64,000 nucleotides of DNA from Bdellovibrionales bacterium (lineage in GTDB: Bacteria > Bdellovibrionota > Bdellovibrionia > Bdellovibrionales > UBA1609): NCBI GenBank assembly GCA_041690295.1, contig JAWLHR010000006.1, forward strand, positions 1-64,000. Direction: 5' to 3'. A model generated the notes under the pieces. The model was not told the DNA's origin, ran no database searches, and saw nothing but the letters and a program-made list of their open reading frames with translations. Each line of letters opens with the position of its first letter. Position 1 is the stretch's first letter. Made by a program: the position numbers and the translations under genes. This document shows, piece by piece, positions 37,501-45,487 of the stretch.

Positions 37501-38611
37501 AATCACCACCTGCGGCCCCACCGGCATCAAAGCCCACGTAAGCCGTACCGTTCCACAAACGAACTGTATTCAAATCCGTATTATAGAAAATCGATCCCGC
37601 ATGAGCTGCGCCCAAGCCACCTTCTTGAGCCGTCGTGAATCGACCAAGCGTCAAGTAGCGCTGATTATCCATGGTGATATGGCCAGCTAACTCGATGTTG
37701 TTTCCGCCCATGGTGATCGGACCCTGCATCGTACCGCCGGCGAGAGGCAGCTTGGTGTTATCGACAGCTGAAGGCACTCCAGTGGTCCATCGGTCATTGG
37801 CCGCATCCCAGATGAGCGTGTGGCCATCGTTCGTACCGGCGCCCACACCGGATAAATCGGCCGACTTATCACCCACATGGGAGTCCACCCAACCTCGGTT
37901 CACTGCATCAGTCGCCGAAGTGGGGCTTCCCACATTCGAGATCACTTGGCCGTTAAACGAATAAGGCGCGTTGAAGGTGTTATTCAGTAAGTTTTGTAAC
38001 TTGGGATAATTGGTCGCCGAGAATACGTCTTCCACATTGGCTTGGTTCAATTCCGTTCCGGCATCATCTTTGACCTGGATAAAATCCGCCGCCTCTTTGC
38101 CTTGCAATCGATCCGCATAAAGCGCGTATGCCGCTGATGTAATCGGCACATTGGGTGTCAATGCGGTCATGCCGGAACCTAAGTCGTAGGACACGCGAAT
38201 CTTACGTAACGATCCGCTGGCCAGAGTCACACCAGCCGGGCAACCGGTAAAACCACCTGTGGCCACTCCGGAGTTTTCGAAAATCTTCCAGCTCAGATCA
38301 TTCGGGCTGCCGGCATCGAGATGATTCTGGCGCGAGTTGCCCTCACCAATGACCAAGGAGAATCCGCCCTTTGAGCCGGACAAATCCGCCGTGTGCATCT
38401 CGCTATAGAGAACGCATGTCTCATCCGCATCCAAAATTTCGATTTTAAAGTCCACGGAACTCTGGACGATGGCCGCACCAGAGGCGTTATAAAGAACGCC
38501 ACTCACGTTTAATTTTACAGGAGCACCTTGGGCATGGGCGATCGCCGGTAGGGCCAATAGGCCGCACCAGAGAAGTCGAACAAGATGCAATTTAAAATGG
38601 CTGTGTTCCAT
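31544..38611 (-). CDS. Large secreted fibre adhesin (MAT-like, 2355 aa) with repeat stalk and beta-rich C-terminal head; no S74 chaperone
   Basis: Signal peptide (..AHA), N-domain (C.LYSE.H...GGFSL.IG..VPITSAAYALYA), DAQGRL/LKWNG repeats, GMIRYNT linkers, head ending LTLQW...KGSFMKITRI. Confidence 0.88.
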   Translation of the reverse strand: MEHSHFKLHLVRLLWCGLLALPAIAHAQGAPVKLNVSGVLYNASGAAIVQSSVDFKIEILDADETCVLYSEMHTADLSGSKGGFSLVIGEGNSRQNHLDAGSPNDLSWKIFENSGVATGGFTGCPAGVTLASGSLRKIRVSYDLGSGMTALTPNVPITSAAYALYADRLQGKEAADFIQVKDDAGTELNQANVEDVFSATNYPKLQNLLNNTFNAPYSFNGQVISNVGSPTSATDAVNRGWVDSHVGDKSADLSGVGAGTNDGHTLIWDAANDRWTTGVPSAVDNTKLPLAGGTMQGPITMGGNNIELAGHITMDNQRYLTLGRFTTAQEGGLGAAHAGSIFYNTDLNTVRLWNGTAYVGFDAGGAAGGDLTGTYPNPTIANEAVTTAKIDDEAVTEPKIADNAISARTVDQAGMGKNRLVISDSSTGETLKFKTCALNEILRWGADGWECVTVPTAMGASGVTAGVYGSTTSVGQFGVDAQGVVTFAQDVAINFPVTSVAGKTGAVTLDVGDIGSAAGKYFTYAPNNVACGNQEVLKWNGSGWHCAADDNGGGTITEVVAGTGLSGGGTSGAVTINLDDTTVTAGTYGSSTAVAKFTVDAQGRLTAASEETIAIPTTALTQTGATNQQVLKWNGSAWLPADDNDSTDATKLQGRDIASTAPNDTEVLMWNQSANAWEPQPVPSAPVSSVAGKTGAVTLDVGDIGSAAGKYFTYAPNNVACGNQEILKWNGSGWHCAADENAGGDITEVAAGTGLTGGGTSGAVTIDLDDTTVTAGTYGSSSEVATFEVDAQGRLIDAESVAISIPSTAITQTGATNQQVLKWNGSAWLPADDNDSTDATKLQSRDIASTAPNSSDVLTWNGTTSKWEPRPLPPGNSGDIEEVVAGTGLTGGGASGVVTLHLDTTGVTAQSYGSATAVAKFTVDAQGRLTAASEETIAIPTTALTQTGATNQQVLKWNGSAWLPADDNDSTDATKLQGRDIAATAPNDTEVLMWNQSANAWEPRPVPSAPVTSVAGRTGAVTLDVSDIGSAAGKYFTYAPNNVICGNQQILKWNGSAWLCADDDDGGGTITEVAAGTGLTGGGTSGAVTIDLDDTTVTAGTYGSSSEVATFEVDAQGRLIDAESVAISIPSTAITQTGATNQQVLKWNGSAWLPGDDNDSTDATKLQGRDIASTAPNDTEVLMWNQSANAWEPRPVPSAPVTSVAGRTGAVTLDVGDINSAAGKYFTYAPNNVACGNQQILKWNGSAWLCADDDDGGGTITEVAAGTGLTGGGTSGAVTIDLDNTGVTAQSYGSATAVAKFTVDAQGRLTAASEETIAIPSTAITQTGANNGQVLKWNGSGWLPADDNDSTDATKLQSRDIASTAPNSSDVLTWNGTTSQWEPRPLPPGNSGDIEEVVAGTGLTGGGTSGVVTLHLDTTGVTAQSYGSATSVAKFTVDAQGRLTAASNETIAIPTTALTQTSASNGQVLKWNGSSWLPGDDNDSTDATKLQGRDIASTAPNDTEVLMWNQSANAWEPRPVPSAPVTSVAGRTGAVTLDVSDIGSAAGKYFTYAPNNVACSNQQILKWNGSAWLCADDDNGGGTITEVAAGTGLTGGGTSGAVTIDLDDTGVTAQSYGSATAVAKFTVDAQGRLTAASEETIAIPTTALTQTGATNQQVLKWNGSAWLPADDASLDLVAGTGIVIAGAGSEKTISVDVGITANKIPQLGANGTLALGTSSVTPGALLDLWGTTSDTSSLLVPRADTSSRPTNAVDGMIRYNTSLAKFEVYEDGQWTNMVSSGDGDFFKDGSVAMTGTFKAIDGSAASPSITFANDQTTGVYLPASNVLAFSTAGTERLRVDDEGRVGIGTTSMTGSNRLHIVGSGSINQRLTSTSNSAAVEVIAEALTNRGVLRMHGSSHPDFPRVLKVGTTSTSGQGQLAFVTADDVEQMRIDVSGNVGIGTTTPAARLDIVGTGDASAIIVPRDTQANRPSGVNGMIRYNTDSNKFEVYQNSAWVDMVSSGGDNLGDHKATTNIQLNGNWLSNDGGNEGIKIDDNGRVGINVTPWDPLHVRQPTATYNNVFYPITVQSNSTANGSSARIRFATFSDTTQDGVSAYIGAERKVNGSGSAHLIFGTGKDGAGVGPTEEQERMRITQEGRVGIGTNNPNSGAILDINGTGSQSAMLVPRDTTANRPSGTNGMIRYNTTTAHFEGYQDGEWLMLSPTQYVYKTTNESVSSSTTFQNDDHLTYPLKANAKYLFEIHGFYDNNTGSKDNIRIRLTGPSSQNFFFYEINIYANYGDITAGWSYYNDYSSYTNPSVSTNKVSSSQPGRFNLRGVIETGANAGNLTLQWTQNSSETTAIRVLKGSFMKITRIP
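33279..33824. repeat. Inverted homolog of window positions 1-546
   Basis: Colinear reverse-complement match. 446-546 is identical to 33279-33379 (rc), and 1-99 is identical to 34698-34796 (rc). Confidence 0.92.
33600..37130 (-). repeat. Intragenic tandem repeat array of the fibre stalk
   Basis: About 5x VAG[KR]TGAVTLDV..C..LKWNG..C, 7x AGTGL.GGG..DAQGRL and 6x DATKLQ.RDIA units, highly similar at DNA level; a 972-bp offset is seen between some copies. Confidence 0.92.
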
Positions 38612-38650
38612 TTACGTTCCTCTTTACAGCCAGACGCCTGACCAGAACTT

Positions 38651-38677
38651 TTATCGGCAGAGTTTAACGGTTGCTAA
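38651..38677 (-). promoter_or_regulatory. Sigma28 (FliA) promoter for the fibre gene
   Basis: TTAG-N15-GCCGATAA on the minus strand (perfect -10), about 40 nt upstream of ATG. Confidence 0.7.
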
Positions 38678-38916
38678 ACAGGTAACTTGGGGAAACTGGG
38701 CACTAATTTTAGATAATTCACGTGGGAAATATCTCGTAGGTAGATGTGTGTTTCAGATTGAGAAGAGTCACAAAAGTCTTCTCAGATTGAAATGTTCAAC
38801 TTTTATCGAAGAGTCAGGGTTATCTACGTCAATAAATGCTCAGTTCGATTCTATTCGCGATCCGTTAATTGGCATCCTTTGCAATGTTAAAGAACGGACA
38901 TTCGGGGGAGTCTACT

Positions 38917-39582
38917 ATGAGCATAAACAAACTTAGCATTTCATTGGCGACGGTTGTGGCCGTTGTGATTTGCTTTCAGAATTGCCAAAACGCCAAAATG
39001 GCGACCAACGGCGCCTCTTTAACTTTGGTTGATGATGCCGGTATCCAGAATCCCCTTGATAACAATAATCCACCGACAACACCCAATCCAACACCGGCGC
39101 CGACGCCCGCTCCCTCGCCTGATCCATCTCCCACTCCAAGTCCGACGCCGGCACCCACTCCAGCGCCCACTCCCACTCCAACTCCGTATCCTCACCCTGA
39201 GGATGACGGTGACCAAGATGACAATCACCATGGTGACGATTGTCGCGATCCGAAAGGTCATGAGAGAGAGGATCGCGAATACGTTTGCCAAATCAGCGGT
39301 CCTGGAAAATCCACTTACGTGGGCCTTGATAAGCACGGTGATGATCTTGAACGCCGTCACGAGGGGAAAAAGATGCTTTGCATGACCCGTATGGCTTGCG
39401 AAGTGATCGCGGCTCAAGCCTTTCCTGGGGCGCGCGCCGAAAAGCGGGGCTTCTGTACAAACCACGGCAATAAGAATGTTCAACACATCAGCGAGAAGCG
39501 CATGCAGGACCTCGTGGAGGAGTACATAAGCGAGAATCCGAACGGATCTCCATCAGGTCACAATTTCGGTAATCCAAATTAA
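38917..39582 (+). CDS. Exported protein with FQNC motif, Pro/Thr linker and Cys-containing C-domain
   Basis: GGGGGAG RBS; hydrophobic N-terminus ending CFQNC; (TP/AP/SP)n tract; His/Asp-rich spacer. Confidence 0.75.
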   Translation: MSINKLSISLATVVAVVICFQNCQNAKMATNGASLTLVDDAGIQNPLDNNNPPTTPNPTPAPTPAPSPDPSPTPSPTPAPTPAPTPTPTPYPHPEDDGDQDDNHHGDDCRDPKGHEREDREYVCQISGPGKSTYVGLDKHGDDLERRHEGKKMLCMTRMACEVIAAQAFPGARAEKRGFCTNHGNKNVQHISEKRMQDLVEEYISENPNGSPSGHNFGNPN

Positions 39583-39666
39583 GTGAAACCGGTTTTCAAG
39601 ACGTATTGATGGCGTCTGACCGGGCTTGCGCGTGACAATCATTCGTCATTCATTCAGAATGCCCTC

Positions 39667-41172
39667 ATGAGCGACTTTCAAAAGGGGAATCGCGTCCATC
39701 GCATTTTAAATCCGTGCGATGGGCTGCAGGCGAGACTGGAGTTGCGGAAGGCGGAACAATCCGGTGCCCGGCAAGTCTTAATGTCCCAAGAAATCTGGCA
39801 AGGGTTTTCTTGGCCAAGCCTGGGACGGTTTGAATGGTTGGTGGAAGTGCCCTGGGATCGGCGCCACCTCACTCATATTAAGTCGCCTCCAAGCCGTATT
39901 GTCCTGGTGATTCAGGGGCACGAAATATCGTTGCGGGAAACCGGTGATTTACAAAAGTGGCCGCCCCAAAGGTTCGACATCCTCGTTCGACCCGATCGCA
40001 GGGTTAATTTTCGCCGTTTGCTTGATCTTCTGCCGTCGTTGATTGAGCGACCGATTTATTTCGAATTTCTTCCGTGGTCGCAAAGCCGGCCGGAACGGAT
40101 GACCGTTGGCGAAGTCCGAAGCTTTCTAGCCTTGGCGGCGCGCCATCGTCCCGATTTAAGAATTCAGCCTTTTCCGGGATTAGAGGTCACTGATGACCGT
40201 ATTGACCCGTCTTTGGATTTAGAACCGATTGTTGATCCTGTAATTGAAACGCGGCCATCGGGTGGATCACCTTTGATTTCCGTCATCATTCCTTCTTTCA
40301 ATAATCGTCCGTTTTTGACGAATGTGATGAGGCACCTTATTCGGCAGGAGTTTTCGAGAACGGATTACGAAATCATCGTCGTGGATGACGGCAGCACGGA
40401 TGGCACCGAAGACGCCATGAGAAGATTTTTCGTCGACCAGTCTAATTTCGCCTACATCAGCCTGCCGCGGCCGCGGGCTCGTGAGCGCGGCGATGATCAG
40501 TTTCGAGCCGGTATCGCCCGCAATGTGGGAGCCGCTCACGCCCGTGGATCTCATCTTCTTTTTCTTGATTCCGATATCATCGTTGGCTCGACTTTTCTTT
40601 CCCGTATGGCTCGTGCCTTGAACGACGGCGATGTCGTACAATGTGAACGGCATCACATTCCGGCGGAGCTTTCCAATGAAAACACGGACTACGACAAAAT
40701 TCGCATAGGTCCTGAGACTTATATTGAAAATCCCAGCTATCGCCGCCCATTTTACCGCACTGACGATTGGCACTTACTGCCTTATTTCTGGAAGTACACC
40801 TGTACCTACTGTCTCATGGTTTCAAAAGCGGATTTTTACTCGGTCGGCCGGTTCAAACGTTGTTTCACGACTTATGGATTTGAAGATGTCGACTTGGGTT
40901 ATGAACTCGCGAAGCGGGGGAAAAAGTTCAAGCTCTTACACGAGAAAGTTCTTCATTTGACCCCAACCCAAGAAAAGTCCGAATACCGCCATTCCGCGCT
41001 GATCCGCGATCGACTTCTGTCAAAAACCGCGAAAACGTTTTTTCTGCAGCATCTGGATCCGGAGATCTACGATCATTTTGAAGTTTATATGCGAGAAAGC
41101 GGCTGGAGCCGGAATGCTCTACGGATTCAGAGAGGGCTTCGGCACTTCCTTGAAGCGGTTCAACTCTCTTGA
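39667..41172 (+). CDS. Glycosyltransferase family 2 with unknown N-terminal domain
   Basis: ISVIIPSFN, IVVDDGSTDGT, ARNVG, FLDSD, YGFEDVDLG. Confidence 0.88.
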   Translation: MSDFQKGNRVHRILNPCDGLQARLELRKAEQSGARQVLMSQEIWQGFSWPSLGRFEWLVEVPWDRRHLTHIKSPPSRIVLVIQGHEISLRETGDLQKWPPQRFDILVRPDRRVNFRRLLDLLPSLIERPIYFEFLPWSQSRPERMTVGEVRSFLALAARHRPDLRIQPFPGLEVTDDRIDPSLDLEPIVDPVIETRPSGGSPLISVIIPSFNNRPFLTNVMRHLIRQEFSRTDYEIIVVDDGSTDGTEDAMRRFFVDQSNFAYISLPRPRARERGDDQFRAGIARNVGAAHARGSHLLFLDSDIIVGSTFLSRMARALNDGDVVQCERHHIPAELSNENTDYDKIRIGPETYIENPSYRRPFYRTDDWHLLPYFWKYTCTYCLMVSKADFYSVGRFKRCFTTYGFEDVDLGYELAKRGKKFKLLHEKVLHLTPTQEKSEYRHSALIRDRLLSKTAKTFFLQHLDPEIYDHFEVYMRESGWSRNALRIQRGLRHFLEAVQLS

Positions 41173-42228
41173 AATATAATCGAGCTCTTCCGTCATCAGG
41201 CCTGGAAAGAGCGGCAAAGAAAGGGCGGATAAAGAAATTCGTCGCGCGTTCGGGAATTCGCCCGTTTGGTATTTGTTCACTAAGTCCGGAAGCAAGTAAT
41301 CATAGTGGCGCTGAGTTTCGATTCCAGCGTCTTTCAGTTGGGACTCAAGCCGGTCTCGATCGTCAGATAGAATGACGAATTTGCTCCAAGTTGAATGTTT
41401 CTCTTCCAATTCGGGCAGGACGTACATGAGGCCGATCCGATCGCAAATGTTTCGATACCGGCTGACGATATTCGCGCGCGAGGATTGAAGTTCACCATGA
41501 CGGTTGAGATTTTTCATGAGCCCCAAGGCCAAAATCTCATTGGGCTTGGAGTTTAGGCCGCGTCCGAGAAAATGATGGCCTTTAACCCGGCCCTGCGAAC
41601 GAATGGCGCGAATTCTTTCGTGCAAGGCTCGGTCCGCGGTCGCGGTGGCTCCACAAGTTCCGAAGGTATAGATGGTTTTTGTGGGATCAAAACTGTAACA
41701 GCGAATCGAATTGATTTCCGGCGGAGCGCTGGGTGAACACCACTGGGCGCAATCCTCGATGAGGGTCAAACCATAGGTCTTCGCCAGTTGAGCCATCGTT
41801 TTGAGACAAAAAGGATGACCGTAAAGGTGAACACCGATCACAACGCGCGCGTCGGAATGGGTCCGCAAAATCTGTTCTAGGTGAGCCCAATTAAATCCGC
41901 TTCCGTTTTCGCCGGTGTCCGCGAAGACGGGGATCGCGCCGATCGTTGTAACCGCGTTCAAGGTGGCGGCGAATGAGAGCGCCGGAAGGACAACGCGATC
42001 GCCAGGTCGAACGCCAACGGCTAATAGGGCGATCTTCAAGGCGTCCGTGCATGAATTGGTCAATGCGACATAGGGGAGCTTTAAGAAATCCGCCAGCATT
42101 TCCTCGGCCGCTACCACATTCGATCCGAGAATGTATCGGCCGCTTTTTAAGATGAAATTGATCTCGTCACCGCCGACTTGCAGTGGAACTCTCGTGAGAT
42201 CAAGAAAAGGTACTTTTATGCCATTCAT
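41119..42228 (-). CDS. DegT/DnrJ/EryC1/StrS PLP-dependent sugar aminotransferase
   Basis: NSCTDAL, VHLYG, IEDCAQ, SFDPTK, LSLPLFP. Confidence 0.9.
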   Translation of the reverse strand: MNGIKVPFLDLTRVPLQVGGDEINFILKSGRYILGSNVVAAEEMLADFLKLPYVALTNSCTDALKIALLAVGVRPGDRVVLPALSFAATLNAVTTIGAIPVFADTGENGSGFNWAHLEQILRTHSDARVVIGVHLYGHPFCLKTMAQLAKTYGLTLIEDCAQWCSPSAPPEINSIRCYSFDPTKTIYTFGTCGATATADRALHERIRAIRSQGRVKGHHFLGRGLNSKPNEILALGLMKNLNRHGELQSSRANIVSRYRNICDRIGLMYVLPELEEKHSTWSKFVILSDDRDRLESQLKDAGIETQRHYDYLLPDLVNKYQTGEFPNARRISLSALSLPLFPGLMTEELDYISRELNRFKEVPKPSLNP

Positions 42229-43156
42229 AATACGAATCCAGTCCGGCCAAAAGCGACATTGCGGGCTTATAACCGATCAAGGAGCCAGCCTTGCGAATAT
42301 CAAGGCGCGTGCGATGGGGTTCATATCTTGTGCTCGGTGAAGATGAAATCTTTAAATCGGGAAAATACCGTTTTTTAACAAAAGCGATCAATTCACGTAA
42401 AGTCGGACCGTCTTCCGAGGCGATATTGAAGATCTGATTGTTACCCTCGGGTCGCGTGGTGGCCAAAAACACGCCTTCCACCACGTCATCGACGTAAGTC
42501 AGGTTCAATACGGAAGATTCATTTCGCAAAGGAAATTCCGCACCCGATTGCCCCGCTAAAAACAATCGGCTGATGACACGACCATTTCCATCCAGCGGCC
42601 CATAGACCGCGATGGGACGCACGATTGTATAGGGAATACGTTGTTTACCACAAATCTCGATCACTTTGTTTTCGCAGGCTGATTTCCAAAAGCCATATCG
42701 GTTGATCGGCTTTAACGGCGTTTCTTCATGCACGCTCCGGCTTGTGAAGTGTCCATACACCATGCTGGAGGAGAGATAAACAAATCGATCGGGTCGCGCG
42801 ACTTGAAGCTCATTCAAGACTCCCAGGGTGACATCGTAGATGCCGCGTTTGGCTTGATCCTCATCCTGTTCCGCGATCGACGCGATGGAAAGATTGGCCG
42901 CGTGGATAATTATACGAGGGGATAGACTTTCAAGCAGCCGGCGGGTCTGGTCGCGATCGCACAAGTCGACTTTGTGAAATGTAGCGGGCCTTAGAATCTC
43001 TCGTCGTTGTTTGGTGATGCGCTCGAAAATTGATGGCGGAAGTTGGTGCAAATTAATTTCGTTATCCGCGACGTGCACATCAAACCCAGCTTGCCACATG
43101 CGTCGCGCCAGTGATGTGCCGATAAATCCCGCTCCGCCACAGATCAAAACTCGCAT
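42200..43156 (-). CDS. NAD-dependent epimerase/dehydratase
   Basis: GGAGFIG, YLSSSMVYG, YGFWK (YxxxK), VYGP, YVDDVV. Confidence 0.9.
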   Translation of the reverse strand: MRVLICGGAGFIGTSLARRMWQAGFDVHVADNEINLHQLPPSIFERITKQRREILRPATFHKVDLCDRDQTRRLLESLSPRIIIHAANLSIASIAEQDEDQAKRGIYDVTLGVLNELQVARPDRFVYLSSSMVYGHFTSRSVHEETPLKPINRYGFWKSACENKVIEICGKQRIPYTIVRPIAVYGPLDGNGRVISRLFLAGQSGAEFPLRNESSVLNLTYVDDVVEGVFLATTRPEGNNQIFNIASEDGPTLRELIAFVKKRYFPDLKISSSPSTRYEPHRTRLDIRKAGSLIGYKPAMSLLAGLDSYYEWHKSTFS

Positions 43157-43230
43157 GAACATCTTCCGTTGAAACCTTGAAGATATCATAATACGCAGAA
43201 AGGACGGATATTCAAAAAGGAACTTGCTCC

Positions 43231-44076
43231 ATGAACACGCCGACCATCTCGCGGTTCTTTCTCATGACGAATTGGGTCAGGCTCAACTCTCTCCTGCTGG
43301 AGCTCGATTTGGATCCTCCGCTCAAGGATATCGACCAAGAGAGCGGAATGGCGATGCTTGAAGAAATCTGGCGCCAAGATCCGAGGACCGAAGTGACGTT
43401 GGCCAATGTGGCTTTGGATTGTTGGGATTTGGTGAAATTGGCGTGTTTCAAGGGAAAGCCCTTGCGCCTTCAACTCGAATGGCGCGATTTAGCCACGGAT
43501 GAAGAGCAATTGCGCCGGTGGATTGGAGACGGTTTTGGCTTGGACATTTGGGGCTATGGGGATCATGAGTGGGCTCAGTCTTCATTTTATGATTTTCTTT
43601 CGTCCCCTCAGGTTCGCGTTGTTCGAATTTGCAATGAGAGCTTGTGGTTTGGCGTGGATCGAATGGATCCGGAAATTCGTTTATGGTTCCCGCCGGAAGC
43701 CAATCGAAGCGACTATTTCACGGCTCGTGATTTCTGGCTCTGGCGTCAAAGATATCCCAGGGTGGATTCACGACTGATTTTTTACCAGCGGATTGATGGC
43801 GGCCCGTTAAGAAAAGATGTCAGCCCATATTACTACGATGGCGTCACGGATCCATTGGATCGGGCCTGTGTCGGACCTTTTGAATGGACGATGACCAGCT
43901 GGTTATTGCGATCCTGTCAGCGGGGTTCAGTCTTTGTATTTTGGCTGATTTTTTACTTTCTCGATTTTTGGTGTTCGTCACCCCGTCGCCGTTGGCAAAA
44001 ACTCTGGGCGTTTCCCGTTGAGTCCCTGCGAATCTCGCTGAAATTGCTGCGATTCACTTTGGGGGTGCGAACGTGA
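43231..44076 (+). CDS. Hypothetical Trp-rich protein
   Basis: 281-aa ORF with AAGGA RBS; GTGA overlap with the downstream GT2. Confidence 0.6.
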   Translation: MNTPTISRFFLMTNWVRLNSLLLELDLDPPLKDIDQESGMAMLEEIWRQDPRTEVTLANVALDCWDLVKLACFKGKPLRLQLEWRDLATDEEQLRRWIGDGFGLDIWGYGDHEWAQSSFYDFLSSPQVRVVRICNESLWFGVDRMDPEIRLWFPPEANRSDYFTARDFWLWRQRYPRVDSRLIFYQRIDGGPLRKDVSPYYYDGVTDPLDRACVGPFEWTMTSWLLRSCQRGSVFVFWLIFYFLDFWCSSPRRRWQKLWAFPVESLRISLKLLRFTLGVRT

Positions 44077-45080
44077 AAAGTCTCGACTTGTCGATTGTGA
44101 TTCCGGCTCGAAGTGATACGAAAGTTTTGGCGGGTTTGCTTAAGACTTTGCTGCATCAGCGTGGCGCCAGCTTTGAAGTGATTGTGGTTAGCAACCCCAC
44201 ACCGATGAAGGCCATCCGCAGAGATCCGAGAGTCCGCTATATTCACTCCGCGCCCGAGGGGGTGAATCGCGCGCGAAACGCGGGAGTGCGAGCGAGTCGG
44301 GGAGAGTGGATTTATTTTTTAGATGACGACTGCCGGTTGGTATCGCGGGATCATCTTGAGAAACTGACGCGAAAACTAAGAAGTCTCGGACCCGAAACGG
44401 TTCTGGGGGGACCTTACATTCACGCCGGTTCGGGGCGATGGTCCGAGGCCTACCACCTGCTTCAGCTTCGATATTTAGCGGAAGGGATGAATTCGCCCGT
44501 GGGGGCGAAACATTTATTGGGGGGAAATCTCGCCCTTCATCACAAGGTTTTCGAAAAATTTCTTTTTAACGAAGACATCGAGTTTGGTGGCGCCGAGGTT
44601 GAATTTCTTTACCGTTTGTGGCGCGCTGGATTCAGAGGCGAATTCGCCGAGGATTTACCCGTTCGTCATGAACATGAGTTGACCGCCCATGAGTTCGTGA
44701 AGAAGGCGGTCCTTCAGGGATTTCATGTGGAAGAGCTGATTGGAAAATACCCGGATCTGATTCCGTTTCCCCGCCACTACCTTCCAACCGAGCGAATACG
44801 TAAATTTAAAACCGAAATTGAAGTGTACGGTTGGGTTTTCGATAATGGTCGCGCCCAGCGCCGATTGGGGCTTCGTCCCCAAGTTCCAAAAATCATTGCA
44901 CCACTCCTGGAGACCAGCTCCAAATCCGCGGAGATGGAACAACTCTGTCCCGCGGACCGCCAAGTGAAACCCTACACGGTGATGGATCGGATTAAAGAGT
45001 GGTGGACTCATCCAAGCGCCCGACAAAAATCACTTGGCCGCTTTCTTCTGTATGTGCTTGAGCTCAAGAATTCGAAGTGA
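44073..45080 (+). CDS. Glycosyltransferase family 2
   Basis: LSIVIPA, RARNAG, YFLDDDC, GGNLA. Confidence 0.85.
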   Translation: MKSLDLSIVIPARSDTKVLAGLLKTLLHQRGASFEVIVVSNPTPMKAIRRDPRVRYIHSAPEGVNRARNAGVRASRGEWIYFLDDDCRLVSRDHLEKLTRKLRSLGPETVLGGPYIHAGSGRWSEAYHLLQLRYLAEGMNSPVGAKHLLGGNLALHHKVFEKFLFNEDIEFGGAEVEFLYRLWRAGFRGEFAEDLPVRHEHELTAHEFVKKAVLQGFHVEELIGKYPDLIPFPRHYLPTERIRKFKTEIEVYGWVFDNGRAQRRLGLRPQVPKIIAPLLETSSKSAEMEQLCPADRQVKPYTVMDRIKEWWTHPSARQKSLGRFLLYVLELKNSK

Positions 45081-45089
45081 GAAAAAGGC

Positions 45090-45122
45090 AAAAAAAAACC
45101 CGCGTCGTCCCTGAAACGCGGG
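45090..45122 (-). terminator. Intrinsic terminator of the minus-strand riboswitch RNA
   Basis: CCCGCGT/ACGCGGG stem followed by T9 on the minus strand. Confidence 0.8.
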
Positions 45123-45158
45123 CCCGTTGTACCTTCCAACATTCTGCTTTAGGCCCAG

Positions 45159-45253
45159 TTCCTCTGGTAACCCGGCCGGCATAATCTCCTTGAAATGTTA
45201 GCCCCGTGGTTTTGCGTCCCACCCTTTCAGGTGGTTTGCCCTTAGCAAAGGAA
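45159..45253 (-). ncRNA. Cyclic di-GMP-I (GEMM) riboswitch aptamer
   Basis: Reverse complement reads AAGGGCAAACCACCTGAAAGGGTGGGACGCAAAACCACGGGGCTAAC...GCCGGCCGGGTTACC, matching the GEMM-I consensus; G at the Vc2 G20-equivalent position. Confidence 0.92.
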
Positions 45254-45487
45254 GAACAACTGTTTGATCACTCCCTCAACTCCGTGAGGGAAGTTGCTCT
45301 GCGACTTCCCCGCCACATCACTTCGGTGGTGGATCAAGCCGCCTATCCTTAGGCAGAATCGCCATCGGACCCTCCTCCTACGAAGCCGTTCGTGGCTCCT
45401 TAAACTATGATAATGCAAAGCGTCATCAAAGGCGATGAGGAATTGCCAAGGGTTTCAACTCGATATGTGGAATTTAAGGAATCGAAA

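Larger units (their letters stand above)
45090..45405 (-). ncRNA. Putative stand-alone structured RNA containing the aptamer (merRNA-like)
   Basis: No downstream ORF; several hairpins 5' of the aptamer and a terminator 3' of it; 5' end is approximate. Confidence 0.6.

Noticed and set aside
38869..38884. TTGGCATCCTTTGCAA as a sigma54 promoter
   Set aside because: GG-to-GC spacing is 8 nt, not the required 10.
39070..39190. Short tandem CCN-ACN repeats
   Set aside because: Simply encode a Pro/Thr linker; not a separate element.
45159..45253. cGAMP-sensing GEMM-Ib variant
   Set aside because: The discriminating position reads G (AGGGCAAACC), as in c-di-GMP-specific aptamers.
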